Assembly: GCA_963835065.1 (NCBI GenBank)
Contig: CAWIEK010000037.1
Coordinates: 160,001 to 224,000, forward strand
Length of the DNA: 64,000 bases
Direction of reading: 5' to 3'
Source: an uncultured Chthonomonadaceae bacterium
GTDB lineage: Bacteria; Armatimonadota; Chthonomonadetes; Chthonomonadales; Chthonomonadaceae
Positions 28,245 to 38,545 of this stretch are shown here, piece by piece (the stretch's first letter is position 1; every line of letters starts with the position of its first letter). The notes below the pieces were generated by a model. That model saw nothing but the letters and a program-made list of their open reading frames with translations, was not told where the DNA came from and ran no database searches. The translations under genes were made by a program, and so were the position numbers.

Positions 28245-29645
28245 CTATCCCATTGACTCGCTTTCCGACTGGTTGACGCGGGGCGCGTGGAGGGTGAAGA
28301 GGGCGAGGAGGAAGGAGCCTATGAGCGCAATGCCGCACATCAGGAACGGCAGGCTGTGGGCGGGCAGGTGCAGGGGACCGAGCCTGACCATGCCGAGCGG
28401 GTACAGCCACGCGCTGAAGGAACTGCCGGTAATCGCGCCCACGCCCTGCGCGGTGGCGACTGCGCCCACAACCGCGCCGCGCTGATTGGAGCCGCTTTGC
28501 TCCGTGACAAGCGCCATCCACGCGGGAAAGGCGAGAGAAAACCCAGTTCCAATCAGGGTTCCCAGGAGGATAAGAGTCAGGTGGGAGGGAAACAGCAGCA
28601 GCAGCCAATATGCGGCCATGCACATCCCGATGCCGGTTTTGACGGCCAGTGCTTTGCCGATTTTATCGCCGATTTTGCCCATCGGGACGGAAAGCGCGCC
28701 TATAAGCAGGGCGGGCAGAACGAGCGTATTGCCGTAACTTTGCTCGGTCATGTGGAAGGGGCCATCACGCTCTAAGGCAAAAGTCTTGATGTACAGCATG
28801 ATGAAGCCGATGCCCAGGAAAGTAACAAATGTCATCAGCAGCGTCATGGGAATTCGCTTCAGCATCGCCTTCAACTCGTCAAGATGGATGGACTCGCCGC
28901 TTCCGTGTCCCTCGCCGCTTGTCGGCTGGAGTTTGGGCACGAAAATGATGGCGGCAATCGTGGTCAGCCCGAACAGAATGGCCGCGAGGTAGAACGACGC
29001 TTCTTTAGAATGGGCAGGCGACATGTGCATGGAAGTTCGCGCCCAATGGTTGACATTGCCGCCGAGAGACGGGCCGACAGCGATTCCGAAGATATACGCG
29101 ACGTTGAACAGGCTCATGGCGGTGGCGCGGCGCTCTTCGGGAACGTGGTCGCCAATCAGACTGAACACGGCAGGCCACAACGCCGCCGCGCCTACCCCGT
29201 CCAGAACGCGCAGGCAGACGAGGGCATACGGGTTATGCACAAGCGGCGTCAGCAGGGCGGTAAACGTGGACAGTATCGGGCCGGCCAAAATCAGGGGCTT
29301 GCGCCCGATGCGGTCGCCCAACGCGCCCATCGGCCCTTTCAACGCGCCTTCAGTCAGCAAAAACGACGTGCCGATGATGCCGATCCAGCGAGCGGGCAAA
29401 TGCGCGGTATCTTTGATAAACACCGGCATCGCCGACAAATTGACAAGCGCATACGCCAGTTCCGCCGACGCCGACACAAACATAATAGCAATCAGCAACG
29501 CCATGACGCTGTGTTTCCAATGCGCTGCGGCAGGTGAAGCGATAGGTTTCGAGGCGGAAGCAGAAGTTTCGTCCACAGGGGTAAGCGGCAGTGTTTCTGC
29601 GTCTATTTCCGCTTCTGTCGGCGACGAAGATGAGGGCTTATTCAC
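28245..29645 (-). CDS. MFS transporter
   Basis: GALGDRIGRKPLI, RVLDGVG, GKIGDKIGK; multiple TM. Confidence 0.9.
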   Translation of the reverse strand: MNKPSSSSPTEAEIDAETLPLTPVDETSASASKPIASPAAAHWKHSVMALLIAIMFVSASAELAYALVNLSAMPVFIKDTAHLPARWIGIIGTSFLLTEGALKGPMGALGDRIGRKPLILAGPILSTFTALLTPLVHNPYALVCLRVLDGVGAAALWPAVFSLIGDHVPEERRATAMSLFNVAYIFGIAVGPSLGGNVNHWARTSMHMSPAHSKEASFYLAAILFGLTTIAAIIFVPKLQPTSGEGHGSGESIHLDELKAMLKRIPMTLLMTFVTFLGIGFIMLYIKTFALERDGPFHMTEQSYGNTLVLPALLIGALSVPMGKIGDKIGKALAVKTGIGMCMAAYWLLLLFPSHLTLILLGTLIGTGFSLAFPAWMALVTEQSGSNQRGAVVGAVATAQGVGAITGSSFSAWLYPLGMVRLGPLHLPAHSLPFLMCGIALIGSFLLALFTLHAPRVNQSESESMG

Positions 29646-29937
29646 AGATATTCCTTAAACCACAACGCCTGGCTCCTTGTTTAGCCCGCGCTTGAACTCG
29701 TGGTCGAATCATTAGTCTGAACTTTCACAAGGCGATAGTGCGGAACGACAGCGCCGTCAATATCCGGCATCGTCAGGATTTCATACGCGATTTAAGTAAA
29801 GATTGCAGCAAGCCTGACGGCCTAATAAACCAAGCCAATCGCTTTGAAAAGCCGCGAGAACTCCATACACGGCAAACTGCGCCGCCTACATCCACAGACG
29901 GCGCAGCAAGAGCCTGCGTTTCACCAACCACCAATTA

Positions 29938-31035
29938 CTAATCTATCGTGACTTCGCGCTTTTCGTCTGCCGACTTGTAAATGGCGTCCATGATTTTGGC
30001 GACCATCAGGCCGTGTTCGCCGCTTACGAGCGGCGGCTTGTTGTCGCGGACGCACTCGACAAACGCTTTCATTTCCGCGTAATGCGTGTTGATATTGTTG
30101 CCGCCGGGGATTTTGGGCGAATAGCTGAACACGCTGCGATGCCGCTCCTGCGTGATGCTGAACGGGTACGCTTCCGCGCCGCCTTCGGAGCCGAGCAGCG
30201 TGACGTTCTGCACTTCGTCCTTGATGTTGGCGACGAAACTGGATTCCAGCACGATGGTTGCGCCGTTGTCGAAACGGATCAAGGCGGCGGCCATGTCTTC
30301 AACGGTGAAGTTCTTGTAATCCCACTGCCCCATAAAGCCTACCACATCGTCGCGCTTGCCGAACTGCTGGTACGTGACGCCGCTGGCCGCAACCGGTTTC
30401 GGATGTCCCATGAACCACAGCGTCAGGTCGAGCATGTGAACGCCGATGTCAATCAATGGCCCGCCGCCCTGCTTGCTTTTGTCAATGAACACGCCCCAAC
30501 CGGGAATGCCGCGCACCCGCAACGCCTGCGCGCGGGCATAATAAATGTCGCCCAATTCGCCCGCGTCAATGAAGCGTTTCAGCGCCATGTTGGATGGCAG
30601 AAAGCGGCTGTTATAGCCGACCTGGAGGATTTTGCCGTTCTTTTTGGCGGTTTCCACCATTGCAGCGCCCTGCTGCGCGTTCATGGCAATCGGCTTTTCG
30701 CACAGCACATGCTTGCCCGCATTGAGCGAATCAATAGTCGGCTGGTAATGCGCGTAGTTGGGAGTGCAGACCGAAATAGCGTCAATCTCCGGCATTTCCA
30801 GCATTTGCTTATAGTCCTCAAACTTATGCTGAACCTGCGGGTATTTCGCGCTTGTCTTTTCCAGCGCGGCGGGGTCAATGTCGCACATCGCAAAAATTTC
30901 GCAGTCGTCCGGGATTTGCGAGTAGCCGGGCAGGTGCGCGCCATTGGCAATGCCGCCCGTGCCGATCACGCCAATGCGGACTTTCTTTTTGGGCGAGGCG
31001 GCAGTCGTTGTAGAAGTCGAGGTTGTGTTTGTCAA
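29938..31035 (-). CDS. Gfo/Idh/MocA family oxidoreductase
   Basis: IGVIGTGGIA, HVLCEKP, GGGPLIDIGVH. Confidence 0.92.
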   Translation of the reverse strand: MTNTTSTSTTTAASPKKKVRIGVIGTGGIANGAHLPGYSQIPDDCEIFAMCDIDPAALEKTSAKYPQVQHKFEDYKQMLEMPEIDAISVCTPNYAHYQPTIDSLNAGKHVLCEKPIAMNAQQGAAMVETAKKNGKILQVGYNSRFLPSNMALKRFIDAGELGDIYYARAQALRVRGIPGWGVFIDKSKQGGGPLIDIGVHMLDLTLWFMGHPKPVAASGVTYQQFGKRDDVVGFMGQWDYKNFTVEDMAAALIRFDNGATIVLESSFVANIKDEVQNVTLLGSEGGAEAYPFSITQERHRSVFSYSPKIPGGNNINTHYAEMKAFVECVRDNKPPLVSGEHGLMVAKIMDAIYKSADEKREVTID

Positions 31036-31284
31036 GATGCCTGTTCCTTTCCTCTGTGTAGGAATTGTTCAATGGAGCGCTAATTCGCCGCGAACAGTGA
31101 AAATTCCTGCGAGTATTTTGAGGTTTTGCGGTTGCCGTAGTTTTTATTGTTTGCGGCATTTGGAAGAGGTGACAGGAAAACGCATGTCAACCGGCGAATA
31201 GTACCAAAACGAATGGCATTTCCTCTGCGTATTGAACATTGACGGCGCGTAGATACTTGCGGCAGGAACTGTAGAAGCCTTTGA

Positions 31285-31887
31285 ATGGCCGGGCAAGACT
31301 CTGATGAAACACCGCAAAACCAACCCCAACCGAATAATATGCTGGTTCCTGCGGATGGGATTGCAAGCATCTATCCTCAGAACTTTAACGCGCCAAGCCC
31401 GAACTACGCGGCGTACATCGCTTTAAGAAGCAAGCTGTTGGAGGTTATACGCAAAGACACGACAGCCAGAAACAGAATTGTGGACGACATTGTAGACAGT
31501 CTGGTAGAAAATGATAGGAGTTTGCCAACGGGCTTACTGGCAGGCGTTCAGTACGTACTCACTCTCGGCAAATCCGTACGCGACAAGCGCAAAAAAACGG
31601 AAGGCTTCCGAAAAGCGGTTGTTGCTTTGCTGGAACAGGTATTTGATCCGGTTTTAGAGTTCAAGATGACGAAAAAGGATATACTGGACGCTCTGGAAGC
31701 CAATGGCGTTGAGCGCGACAAAGTATCACCTCAGCAGATCAGTCAAGTTTATGTAAAAGTTCTTAGCAAGCTACGTTCGGGCGAACTGCGCGATCTGATT
31801 ACGGAAGAACAACTGTTGCGGTACGTCAACCTCAAGATCGAGGAAATAACCTACAGCCGAATGCAATGGGAACTTAACGAGCGATGA
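31285..31887 (+). CDS. Hypothetical protein coupled to ParA-like ATPase
   Basis: 200-aa ORF, ATGA overlap with the next gene. Confidence 0.6.
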   Translation: MAGQDSDETPQNQPQPNNMLVPADGIASIYPQNFNAPSPNYAAYIALRSKLLEVIRKDTTARNRIVDDIVDSLVENDRSLPTGLLAGVQYVLTLGKSVRDKRKKTEGFRKAVVALLEQVFDPVLEFKMTKKDILDALEANGVERDKVSPQQISQVYVKVLSKLRSGELRDLITEEQLLRYVNLKIEEITYSRMQWELNER

Positions 31888-33140
31888 GTGAAACCAAACC
31901 AAGAGTCATAGCGTTTCTGAGCGGCAAAGGCGGTTCCGGCAAGACAACCGCCGCCATTGCTATCGCCAAACTGCTCGCGGATATGGGATTTAAAACCCTG
32001 CTGATTGACTTTGATCTGGCAACCAACGGTGCTTCCTATTTCTTCAAATCGCAATTTCCACGCACTAGTAAGGGTATTTGGGAGTATCTAGCAGCCGAAG
32101 ATGAACCGTTCAACTTGATTGTGGAGTTACCCATCCAAGTTGCGGATAATCTTTTGTTTGTAGCCTCACGCACGAATCTAAATAAGAAGGGTTTGTCTTA
32201 TGACACGGTGATGTATGACAATGAGTGGCTGCAAAAGCATGTTCTCAAACCACTCTATGATTATGCAATTGCCGAGAACATCGTTTATGTCCTGATAGAT
32301 TGCCAAGCCGGGTACGCCATTTCATCTGCAGCGGCTGCGGAAGTATCGGAAAGAGCAATTGTTGTCACTGAAGCGGATGCTATTTCCAGTGACGCTGCCG
32401 AAAATCTGCTTATCCAAATGGGGCAGAGTTTACCAGATGAACGACGTTATCTTGTCAACAAAATTGATGTGCGTGACGCAGAAACGTACCGCAACATGCG
32501 GCATGTTTTTCAGGCTATGAACCGTCTGCCGCCACTGCCATTCGACTTTAATGTACGCAATGCCTTCGGTGCGCGTCAAATTCCTGTTGACATCAACAAA
32601 CCGTCGCCCTTGCTGTTTGCACTGTTCGAGACATTAAGGTATGCCTTTCCTGAAATTAACGACGTGCTGGATACCTACAAAGAAAAGCACATAAAAGGTT
32701 TGTTCTCAGACTATGATAGTAAGTTGCAGGATTTGCTCAACAGAAAAGAGGAATACGAACGGGAACGCCTGATATTAGGAAGGCAGAGCGAAATCAGTGG
32801 CTATACTAACAAAGCGCTATATTTAAAATTTATGACGGGAGCGATAGCAGCTAGTGCTGCGGCAGGATTATACATAAATTTTCAAAACACCAAAACGTCT
32901 TATTTCATAGGCATCTGTTTTGCTGGAATTATTCTGTGGGTGGTCGGTGTTGTCTGGTCAGCCCTCAGGATGATGCCTAGCAATCGTGACAACGATAATT
33001 ATGCAGGCGAGATTTCGCACAAAATAGACAGTATTAATGAGGAACTTGCCCAAATCAGGTCTTTGCTCTGGACTCGATCCAAAGAGTATTTGATTGAGGC
33101 GGAGTTATCAAAACCACGCGAACTTGTCAGCACGAAGTAG
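31884..33140 (+). CDS. ParA/MinD-family ATPase with C-terminal coiled coil and two TM helices
   Basis: SGKGGSGKTT, LLIDFD, VLIDCQAG, LVNKID; TM segments FMTGAIAASAAAGLYI and YFIGICFAGIILWVVGVVW. Confidence 0.8.
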   Translation: MSETKPRVIAFLSGKGGSGKTTAAIAIAKLLADMGFKTLLIDFDLATNGASYFFKSQFPRTSKGIWEYLAAEDEPFNLIVELPIQVADNLLFVASRTNLNKKGLSYDTVMYDNEWLQKHVLKPLYDYAIAENIVYVLIDCQAGYAISSAAAAEVSERAIVVTEADAISSDAAENLLIQMGQSLPDERRYLVNKIDVRDAETYRNMRHVFQAMNRLPPLPFDFNVRNAFGARQIPVDINKPSPLLFALFETLRYAFPEINDVLDTYKEKHIKGLFSDYDSKLQDLLNRKEEYERERLILGRQSEISGYTNKALYLKFMTGAIAASAAAGLYINFQNTKTSYFIGICFAGIILWVVGVVWSALRMMPSNRDNDNYAGEISHKIDSINEELAQIRSLLWTRSKEYLIEAELSKPRELVSTK

Positions 33141-33167
33141 TTTGCTTCATTAATTCTGTTCAAGGTG

Positions 33168-33205
33168 AGTTAGGCATTGGGGCTTGGCCCAATGCCTAAC
33201 TTTTT
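33168..33205 (+). terminator. Intrinsic terminator
   Basis: agttaggcattggg / cccaatgcctaact stem followed by a T-run. Confidence 0.75.
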
Positions 33206-33275
33206 CATAAGCGAGTCCAGCGTTGTATTTTGGATTTTGGAATGTGGCCTGACCATTTACCGTCATACACTAATG

Positions 33276-33326
33276 TTACGGCGTTTGAAAAAAATCATCA
33301 ATCGTTGCCTGCACTGTGGCTGTCAT
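33276..33326 (-). pseudogene. Possible N-terminal remnant of a Uma2-like gene
   Basis: GAGGAGG RBS then MTATVQATIDDFFQTP*, resembling Uma2 N-termini. Confidence 0.3.
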
Positions 33327-33411
33327 TCCTGCGCCTCCTCAATCTACCAAACCGCGCCCACTTCAAACATCATGTCCTGAATACCGAACACCGAATACCT
33401 GAACACCGGCC

Positions 33412-33906
33412 CTATCGGTAGTTGGAAAACTCTACGTCGAAGGGCAGGTCTTCCTGAGAGCGGATGAGTTTTTGGACAGCTTGCAGCGCGTCCTTGTCCT
33501 TGCCGGTGATGCGCAGTTGTTCGCCCTGTATCTGCGCGTTCACTTTGATGCCCGCGTCCTTGATGAGCTTGACCAGCTTTTTGGCTTCATCGGTGGGGAT
33601 ACCCTGCCGTAGCGTGATGGTCTGCCGCGCCGTGCCCCGCGAACCCGCTTCAATCTTGCCGTATTCCAATGCTTTCAGCGAAATGTTGCGCTTCGCCATT
33701 TTACCGCGCAAGATTTCGATGAGCGTGGTCAGATGAAACTCATCATCCGATAGCAGTTTCACCGAATTATCTTCCAATTCCAGCGTACTTTTCGTTTCGC
33801 GGAAGTCGTAGCGCGACGCGATTTCCTTTTCCGTCTGGTCAATCGCGTTTTTCACTTCCGTCAAATCCACTTTGGAGGTTACGTCGAACGAGAACTCGGT
33901 TGCCAT
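33412..33906 (-). CDS. yajQ: YajQ family (cyclic di-GMP / nucleotide-binding) protein
   Basis: SFDVTSKVDLTEVKNAIDQ..RYDF, KVNAQIQGEQLRITGK..DALQ, FSNYR. Confidence 0.92.
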   Translation of the reverse strand: MATEFSFDVTSKVDLTEVKNAIDQTEKEIASRYDFRETKSTLELEDNSVKLLSDDEFHLTTLIEILRGKMAKRNISLKALEYGKIEAGSRGTARQTITLRQGIPTDEAKKLVKLIKDAGIKVNAQIQGEQLRITGKDKDALQAVQKLIRSQEDLPFDVEFSNYR

Positions 33907-34052
33907 GTTTCACTCCTTTCAAAACAGGGTTCTAGGGTTCTAGGGTTTTAGGTGTTCAGGAGTGAGAAGAACCTTTCTAAGTGAACATCCTATCAAACAC
34001 CATGTAAGAGCATCACTCACCTAAAACCATAGAACCCTAAAAACCTAAAACC

Positions 34053-34973
34053 CTACTCTCCTAATTGTTCTTTACAGGTGCGCAATAGCCCGTCTACGGC
34101 CAGTTTCAGCGAGGTGAGCGCGTCTTGGACATGCCGCAGTTCAGGATGCGGCAGGCGCGACAGTTCCAAGCCGGACAGGGACGGCAGAAAGTCCATGATG
34201 CGCTGCGCCTGCGGGGCAATGCGAACCGGGACGTCACTCAGGTTCATTCCATCAACGGCATTGGCAAGCGGGTCGCCGGCGTCCTGAAAAAACTTGACGA
34301 GATGATCGGAAGGACTGTCTAAAATCTCTTTGGATTTTTCCGGGTGCTTTTTCAGCGCCTTGACCAGATTGCCCGTATCATCGCTGTTGAGTTTCTGGTC
34401 ACGGATTTTCTCTACGACAGCCGTTTGCAGTTCCGGCTCCTCGTTCAGCTGCTTCAAAAACCGGGCGTGTTTTTCCGTCAGTTGTCCATCCGAAGGCCGG
34501 TTGGGACTGGAAATAACCGCTTCCCCGATGTTTTCCGGCAGGGCGAGCAGGTCCAGCAAATAGCCGACGGTTCGCTCCGAAAGCGCCAGCCGTTTGGCGA
34601 TTTCGCGGTTGGTTAAGTTCAGCGTACCCTTAACGTGCTGAATAGCCCGGCCTTTTTCCAGCGGCTGCAAGTCTTCGCGCTGCAAATTCTCAATAAGCTG
34701 CTCGGTCAGCCGCTCATCGGGATTGATAGTCTTGTCTTTGATAACGCACGGCACGGCTTTCAGGTTCGCCATACGCGCCGCCCGCCAGCGCCGTTCGCCT
34801 GTGACGATCTTAAACTTGCCCGTGTCCTGAAGCGGCGTCACGGTAATCGGGTTCAACATGCCATGCTGCCGTATGCTGTCGGCCAGTCCCTGCAAGCTTT
34901 CTTCGCTGTGATGCTTGCGCGGCTGATCCGGGTCTTCCACAATCTGCGCGGTCTCAATCTGCTTAATTTCCAC
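34053..34973 (-). CDS. ParB/RepB/Spo0J family protein
   Basis: PDQPRK, LADSIRQHGMLNPI, VTGERRWRAA, LIENLQREDL, HTH. Confidence 0.9.
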   Translation of the reverse strand: MEIKQIETAQIVEDPDQPRKHHSEESLQGLADSIRQHGMLNPITVTPLQDTGKFKIVTGERRWRAARMANLKAVPCVIKDKTINPDERLTEQLIENLQREDLQPLEKGRAIQHVKGTLNLTNREIAKRLALSERTVGYLLDLLALPENIGEAVISSPNRPSDGQLTEKHARFLKQLNEEPELQTAVVEKIRDQKLNSDDTGNLVKALKKHPEKSKEILDSPSDHLVKFFQDAGDPLANAVDGMNLSDVPVRIAPQAQRIMDFLPSLSGLELSRLPHPELRHVQDALTSLKLAVDGLLRTCKEQLGE

Positions 34974-35104
34974 AAAAACCTCCGGGGTAGGGGTCAGGAT
35001 TCAGGATTCAGGGGTCAGGAAAGGCTTCCTGTTTTCGACGAGCAAACTATCGAATACAAGGGCATATTTCCCTGACCCCTGAACACTTGTCTATACTGTG
35101 TGAG

Positions 35105-35133
35105 ATTATAGCACTCAGGGAGGGGCATGTCAA
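35105..35133 (-). promoter_or_regulatory. Consensus sigma70 promoter upstream of the ParB-like gene
   Basis: TTGACA-N17-TATAAT with TGn extended -10. Confidence 0.75.
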
Positions 35134-35189
35134 CGCCGCGCCGCGCGAATGTGGCGCAGCGGGCAAGAATGAGCGGAAAATGGGAGGCG

Positions 35190-36428
35190 TCAGGGCAGGG
35201 GCGTTGCTTTGCTTTGCGCGGTGGCAACATCCGTAACCACGAGGGTACGTTTGCCGTTTTCGTTGCGCAGGGAGGCCAGCATTTTGCCGTCCGGCGAGAA
35301 AGCAGGGATGTAAGCGGGAAAGGTGAAGTCGGTCTGCTGTGTGGCGGAGGCCGAAACGGGAAGCGTTTGTACGCTGTTTGCGCCCATTCCCTTGCCGATG
35401 AACCGGACATTCTGCCCCGCAATGTCGCTGATCCACAGCGCGGAACCGTTCTTGCCCGCCTGCGGCCCACCTGTGGTAACAAAAGCGAACTGAGCCATAT
35501 CCGGCGTGAAGATAATGGAAGTGACGGCATCAGGATACAGGTGTGGATTGGGATTGACGGCCTTGACAACATCGGGAAACGGCAGTTTGCGGATGGTACG
35601 GGTATCAATGGTCATTTCGTACACGGAAAGCAGAATGTAGCGCGTGTTCGGGCTGCGGCGTATCCAGCGCACGGTTGCGCCATCAAGGGAAACCGCAAAG
35701 CCCAACACGTCGCCCGTACTCGTCAGGCGTACCACTTCGCCCTGATCCAGCAGATACAAATCGAATTTGCCGTTATCCCCGCCCGCTACGATGGCATTGG
35801 TTGTGTTTGTAAGCCAGCCGAGCGGGTTGTACGCAGAAGGCACGGAATGAAACGGCAGACTGATAGCAGGCAGGAAACTGCCGCCGTTGCGATAACGGAT
35901 CAAGGCTTGCAGGCTGCCTGTTTCGGTTTTGTGGACGCTTGCAAACAGTGAAGAATCGCGCGACCAGGCGACGGGAGCAAGGGTGTTGTCGTTGAGCGAT
36001 TTCCGCTGCTGTTTTATCGTGTCGTAGAAAGTGAGCGTCTGTCCATCCGCAAGGTAGGCAATAGTTTTGCTGTCGGGCGTCCAGGAGGGCGCGAAAGCCG
36101 CGTTGACGCCGGGAAGCGCGACGATTGGCATGGCGGCAGAAGTGAGCGAAGGCGTAGAAGAAACTTTTGTCGCAGGCAGGGCAGGCGCGGAGGCTCCGGC
36201 GCTTTGCGCATCCGCCACCACTAGGGAAGCGCCGGGAACGGCTATCTGCTTTCCATCCGGCGACCAGGTTTGCGCAAGGGCCGGTGAAAGCAGAAGGCCA
36301 AAAATCATCGTAGCAAAGTACGCCCCTAAACGTTTGCGAAGTATGGGAGCGCATAAGCTAAAGTTCGCGCGGAAGCTATGCCTGCCTGTTGTATGTGCCA
36401 TATCAGATTTCCGTTGGCGCGCGGCCAC
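35190..36428 (-). CDS. Secreted TolB/PD40-like beta-propeller protein (start uncertain)
   Basis: Signal ..SPALA; WSPDGKQIA, PSWTPDSKTIAY, PAFSPDGKMLA repeats. Confidence 0.75.
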   Translation of the reverse strand: MAARQRKSDMAHTTGRHSFRANFSLCAPILRKRLGAYFATMIFGLLLSPALAQTWSPDGKQIAVPGASLVVADAQSAGASAPALPATKVSSTPSLTSAAMPIVALPGVNAAFAPSWTPDSKTIAYLADGQTLTFYDTIKQQRKSLNDNTLAPVAWSRDSSLFASVHKTETGSLQALIRYRNGGSFLPAISLPFHSVPSAYNPLGWLTNTTNAIVAGGDNGKFDLYLLDQGEVVRLTSTGDVLGFAVSLDGATVRWIRRSPNTRYILLSVYEMTIDTRTIRKLPFPDVVKAVNPNPHLYPDAVTSIIFTPDMAQFAFVTTGGPQAGKNGSALWISDIAGQNVRFIGKGMGANSVQTLPVSASATQQTDFTFPAYIPAFSPDGKMLASLRNENGKRTLVVTDVATAQSKATPLP

Positions 36429-36471
36429 GTTCTTACACGACTATGCGGCCAAAATAGAAGCAAAAACAATT

Positions 36472-37207
36472 CTATGGAGACTGCCTGCCCTCTCGCAAAG
36501 CAGCCAGTTCCGCGCGCAATCTCGCATTTTCCGCTTCCGCGCTTTCTGCCCGTTGCGCTTCTTGTTGAGCGCGTTGCGCTTCTTGTTGAGCGCGCCGCTC
36601 GTGACTCCAGTGGGGTTGGCAGCATGATGCCGCGAATGGGATCAAACAAGCGCAGGGTATTGCCCTCCTGCACCAGATCAAGGCCGAGCTGTTCGCTGCG
36701 CATCCGGCTTTCTGTGAGCGGAATGTTCTCGTACCGGCCTTCTACCAGCCGATAGCCCTGAAAGCGCGGGCGCAGATAGTCGCCGGTTGGGTCGAAAAGA
36801 AAGTATTCGGACACGCGCAAGACGCTCTCATACAGGGGGCGCTTGACAGCTATATCCTCGCGCCGGGTTTTGCGGGAGGTGAATTCGAAAACAACATCCG
36901 GCAAATGCCCGCCTTCGCGCCAACTCATAAATGAGTCGCGCTCCCGTTGGGCTACGCCAAAGACCACGTAGCAATCGGGAGAGATGCGCTTTTTGGGATC
37001 GCCTTCCTGATAAAACACGAAATTGTTGCCGGACACATATACGTCCGGCTGATCGGCATAACGTAACGTCAGAGCGTTGATAAAATCAAACATCAAATTG
37101 CGGTGCTTGTCGGTTTCCGCCATCGGTTTGCCATCTCTGGTTGGGTAGAAATCGTCATCGGAACAACGACGCTTGCGGGAGCGCGTGGGTGAAACTGTCA
37201 TTGTCAT
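36472..37207 (-). CDS. Uma2 (DUF820) family endonuclease-fold protein; frameshift near 36605
   Basis: YPTRDGKPMAETDKH, SPDCYVVFG, FEFTS, EYFLFDP; tail AQQEAQRAQQEAQR..ENARLRAELAAL in ORF 36472..36681. Confidence 0.85.
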
Positions 37208-37394
37208 GAGGGAATCTCCTCGGTATTATCCTGCCGAACCAGCCGTCTATGGGCGGGTCCGAATGCCGCATAAAGCCTGCTGAACGAGCCGCGCGTACTC
37301 ACATTTTTACGCGGCTCTTCTCGCCGCACACCGCATGAGAACAAAGCCCCCGCGCCTATTGCTGGCTTGGAGGCTTTGCCGGCGAGAACCAACG

Positions 37395-38060
37395 TTACGA
37401 AGCGGCAGGCTCCGTGGATTCGTTGGGAAGGGCGGGGCTGGCCTGCGGGCCGTCCGTGGACGCATGGGGGCCTTCCACGCTTGTCGGAGCGGGAGCTTCG
37501 TCCTCAACATGGTGAACCGTCAGTGAAGCGATCACCGTATCGGCGGAAGTCAGGATTTCATACTTGTCCTGCGGCGGAAGGTCGGAAACGCGCAGGGTAT
37601 CGGTTCCTATCATGTTGGAAACGTCAACCGTGATGTGATCCGGCAGGTCGCCCGGCTGGCAGCGAATTTCCAACTGCTCAATGGAATGCTGCAAAAGGGC
37701 GGTTTGCAGGCGAACGGGTTCGGGTTCACCGTGAAACACGAGCGGGATGTGAACTTTCACGCTGTCGCCGAGTTGGACGCCCTGAAACGTCACTTGCAGC
37801 AGTTTTTTAGTCACGCGGTCGCGCTGTATCTCACTGATTAGCGCCTGATGCCGAACGCCGCCCTCGACAATCAATTCCAGCATGGCGGCTTCGCCATGCG
37901 CGCGAATAAAATCATCCAGCGGCTTGGTTTCGGTCTGCAAATGCAGGGTTTTGTTGCCCCGGTGCTGTATGGAAACGGGGACGCTCCCCTCGCGGCGAAG
38001 CTGTTTCACTTGCCCCTTGGTACTCGCCTGTATCGGGCGAACGGTAAACTGTTGCGGCAT
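37395..38060 (-). CDS. rplY: 50S ribosomal protein L25 / Ctc
   Basis: KQLRREGSVP, EIQRDRV, VHIPLVFHGE, LPDHITVDVS, LRVSDL. Confidence 0.88.
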   Translation of the reverse strand: MPQQFTVRPIQASTKGQVKQLRREGSVPVSIQHRGNKTLHLQTETKPLDDFIRAHGEAAMLELIVEGGVRHQALISEIQRDRVTKKLLQVTFQGVQLGDSVKVHIPLVFHGEPEPVRLQTALLQHSIEQLEIRCQPGDLPDHITVDVSNMIGTDTLRVSDLPPQDKYEILTSADTVIASLTVHHVEDEAPAPTSVEGPHASTDGPQASPALPNESTEPAAS

Positions 38061-38201
38061 ATTCTTGCCTCCTTATCATCTATGAATCAAATTGTATACG
38101 CTGTTTCTACGTATCGGAGGCGGATTCGTCAGCAAGCGCGCAAATGGCGCGTGGAAGCGCTCTGCCCTTCAATGTGCGGACAGGAAAAAAGCCGGCGCGA
38201 T

Positions 38202-38516
38202 CTATAGCGGCAATTCAAGGTCTTGCAGCGTTTTCGCTGCCAGCATCCGCCTGCCGATCTGCATCAGTTCCGCTTCCGGCAAAGACGCCAACAATCGCGA
38301 AACTTCCGGCGGCAACGGCGCAAATTGTTGCTCCATCATCGTCAGCAGAAACTGCCGAATACCTTCCTGCCGGCCTTTCTCCTCATAATACTGCGCGCCT
38401 GTCATTGCCATTTCCCGTACCTCCTCCTGATGTTTTCGCAATGCCGAGTCAATCACAACTTCTCGCAAAGTCGGCTGTTCGCGCGGGTCGCGTTTGTGCA
38501 GAATCAACAGCAGCAA
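38202..38516 (-). pseudogene. C-terminal fragment of an Rpn/DUF4351-like protein
   Basis: MAMTGAQYYEEKGRQEG..LLTMMEQQFAPLP..AKTLQDL tail; no clear N-terminal domain. Confidence 0.5.
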
Positions 38517-38545
38517 AAACTGTATGGCTCTGCTGCGCTGAAGTT

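Noticed and set aside
31884..34973. ParA-like and ParB-like genes as a parAB partition locus
   Set aside because: Opposite strands, separated by yajQ and a terminator; the ATPase has TM helices and different base composition; no parS palindrome noticed.
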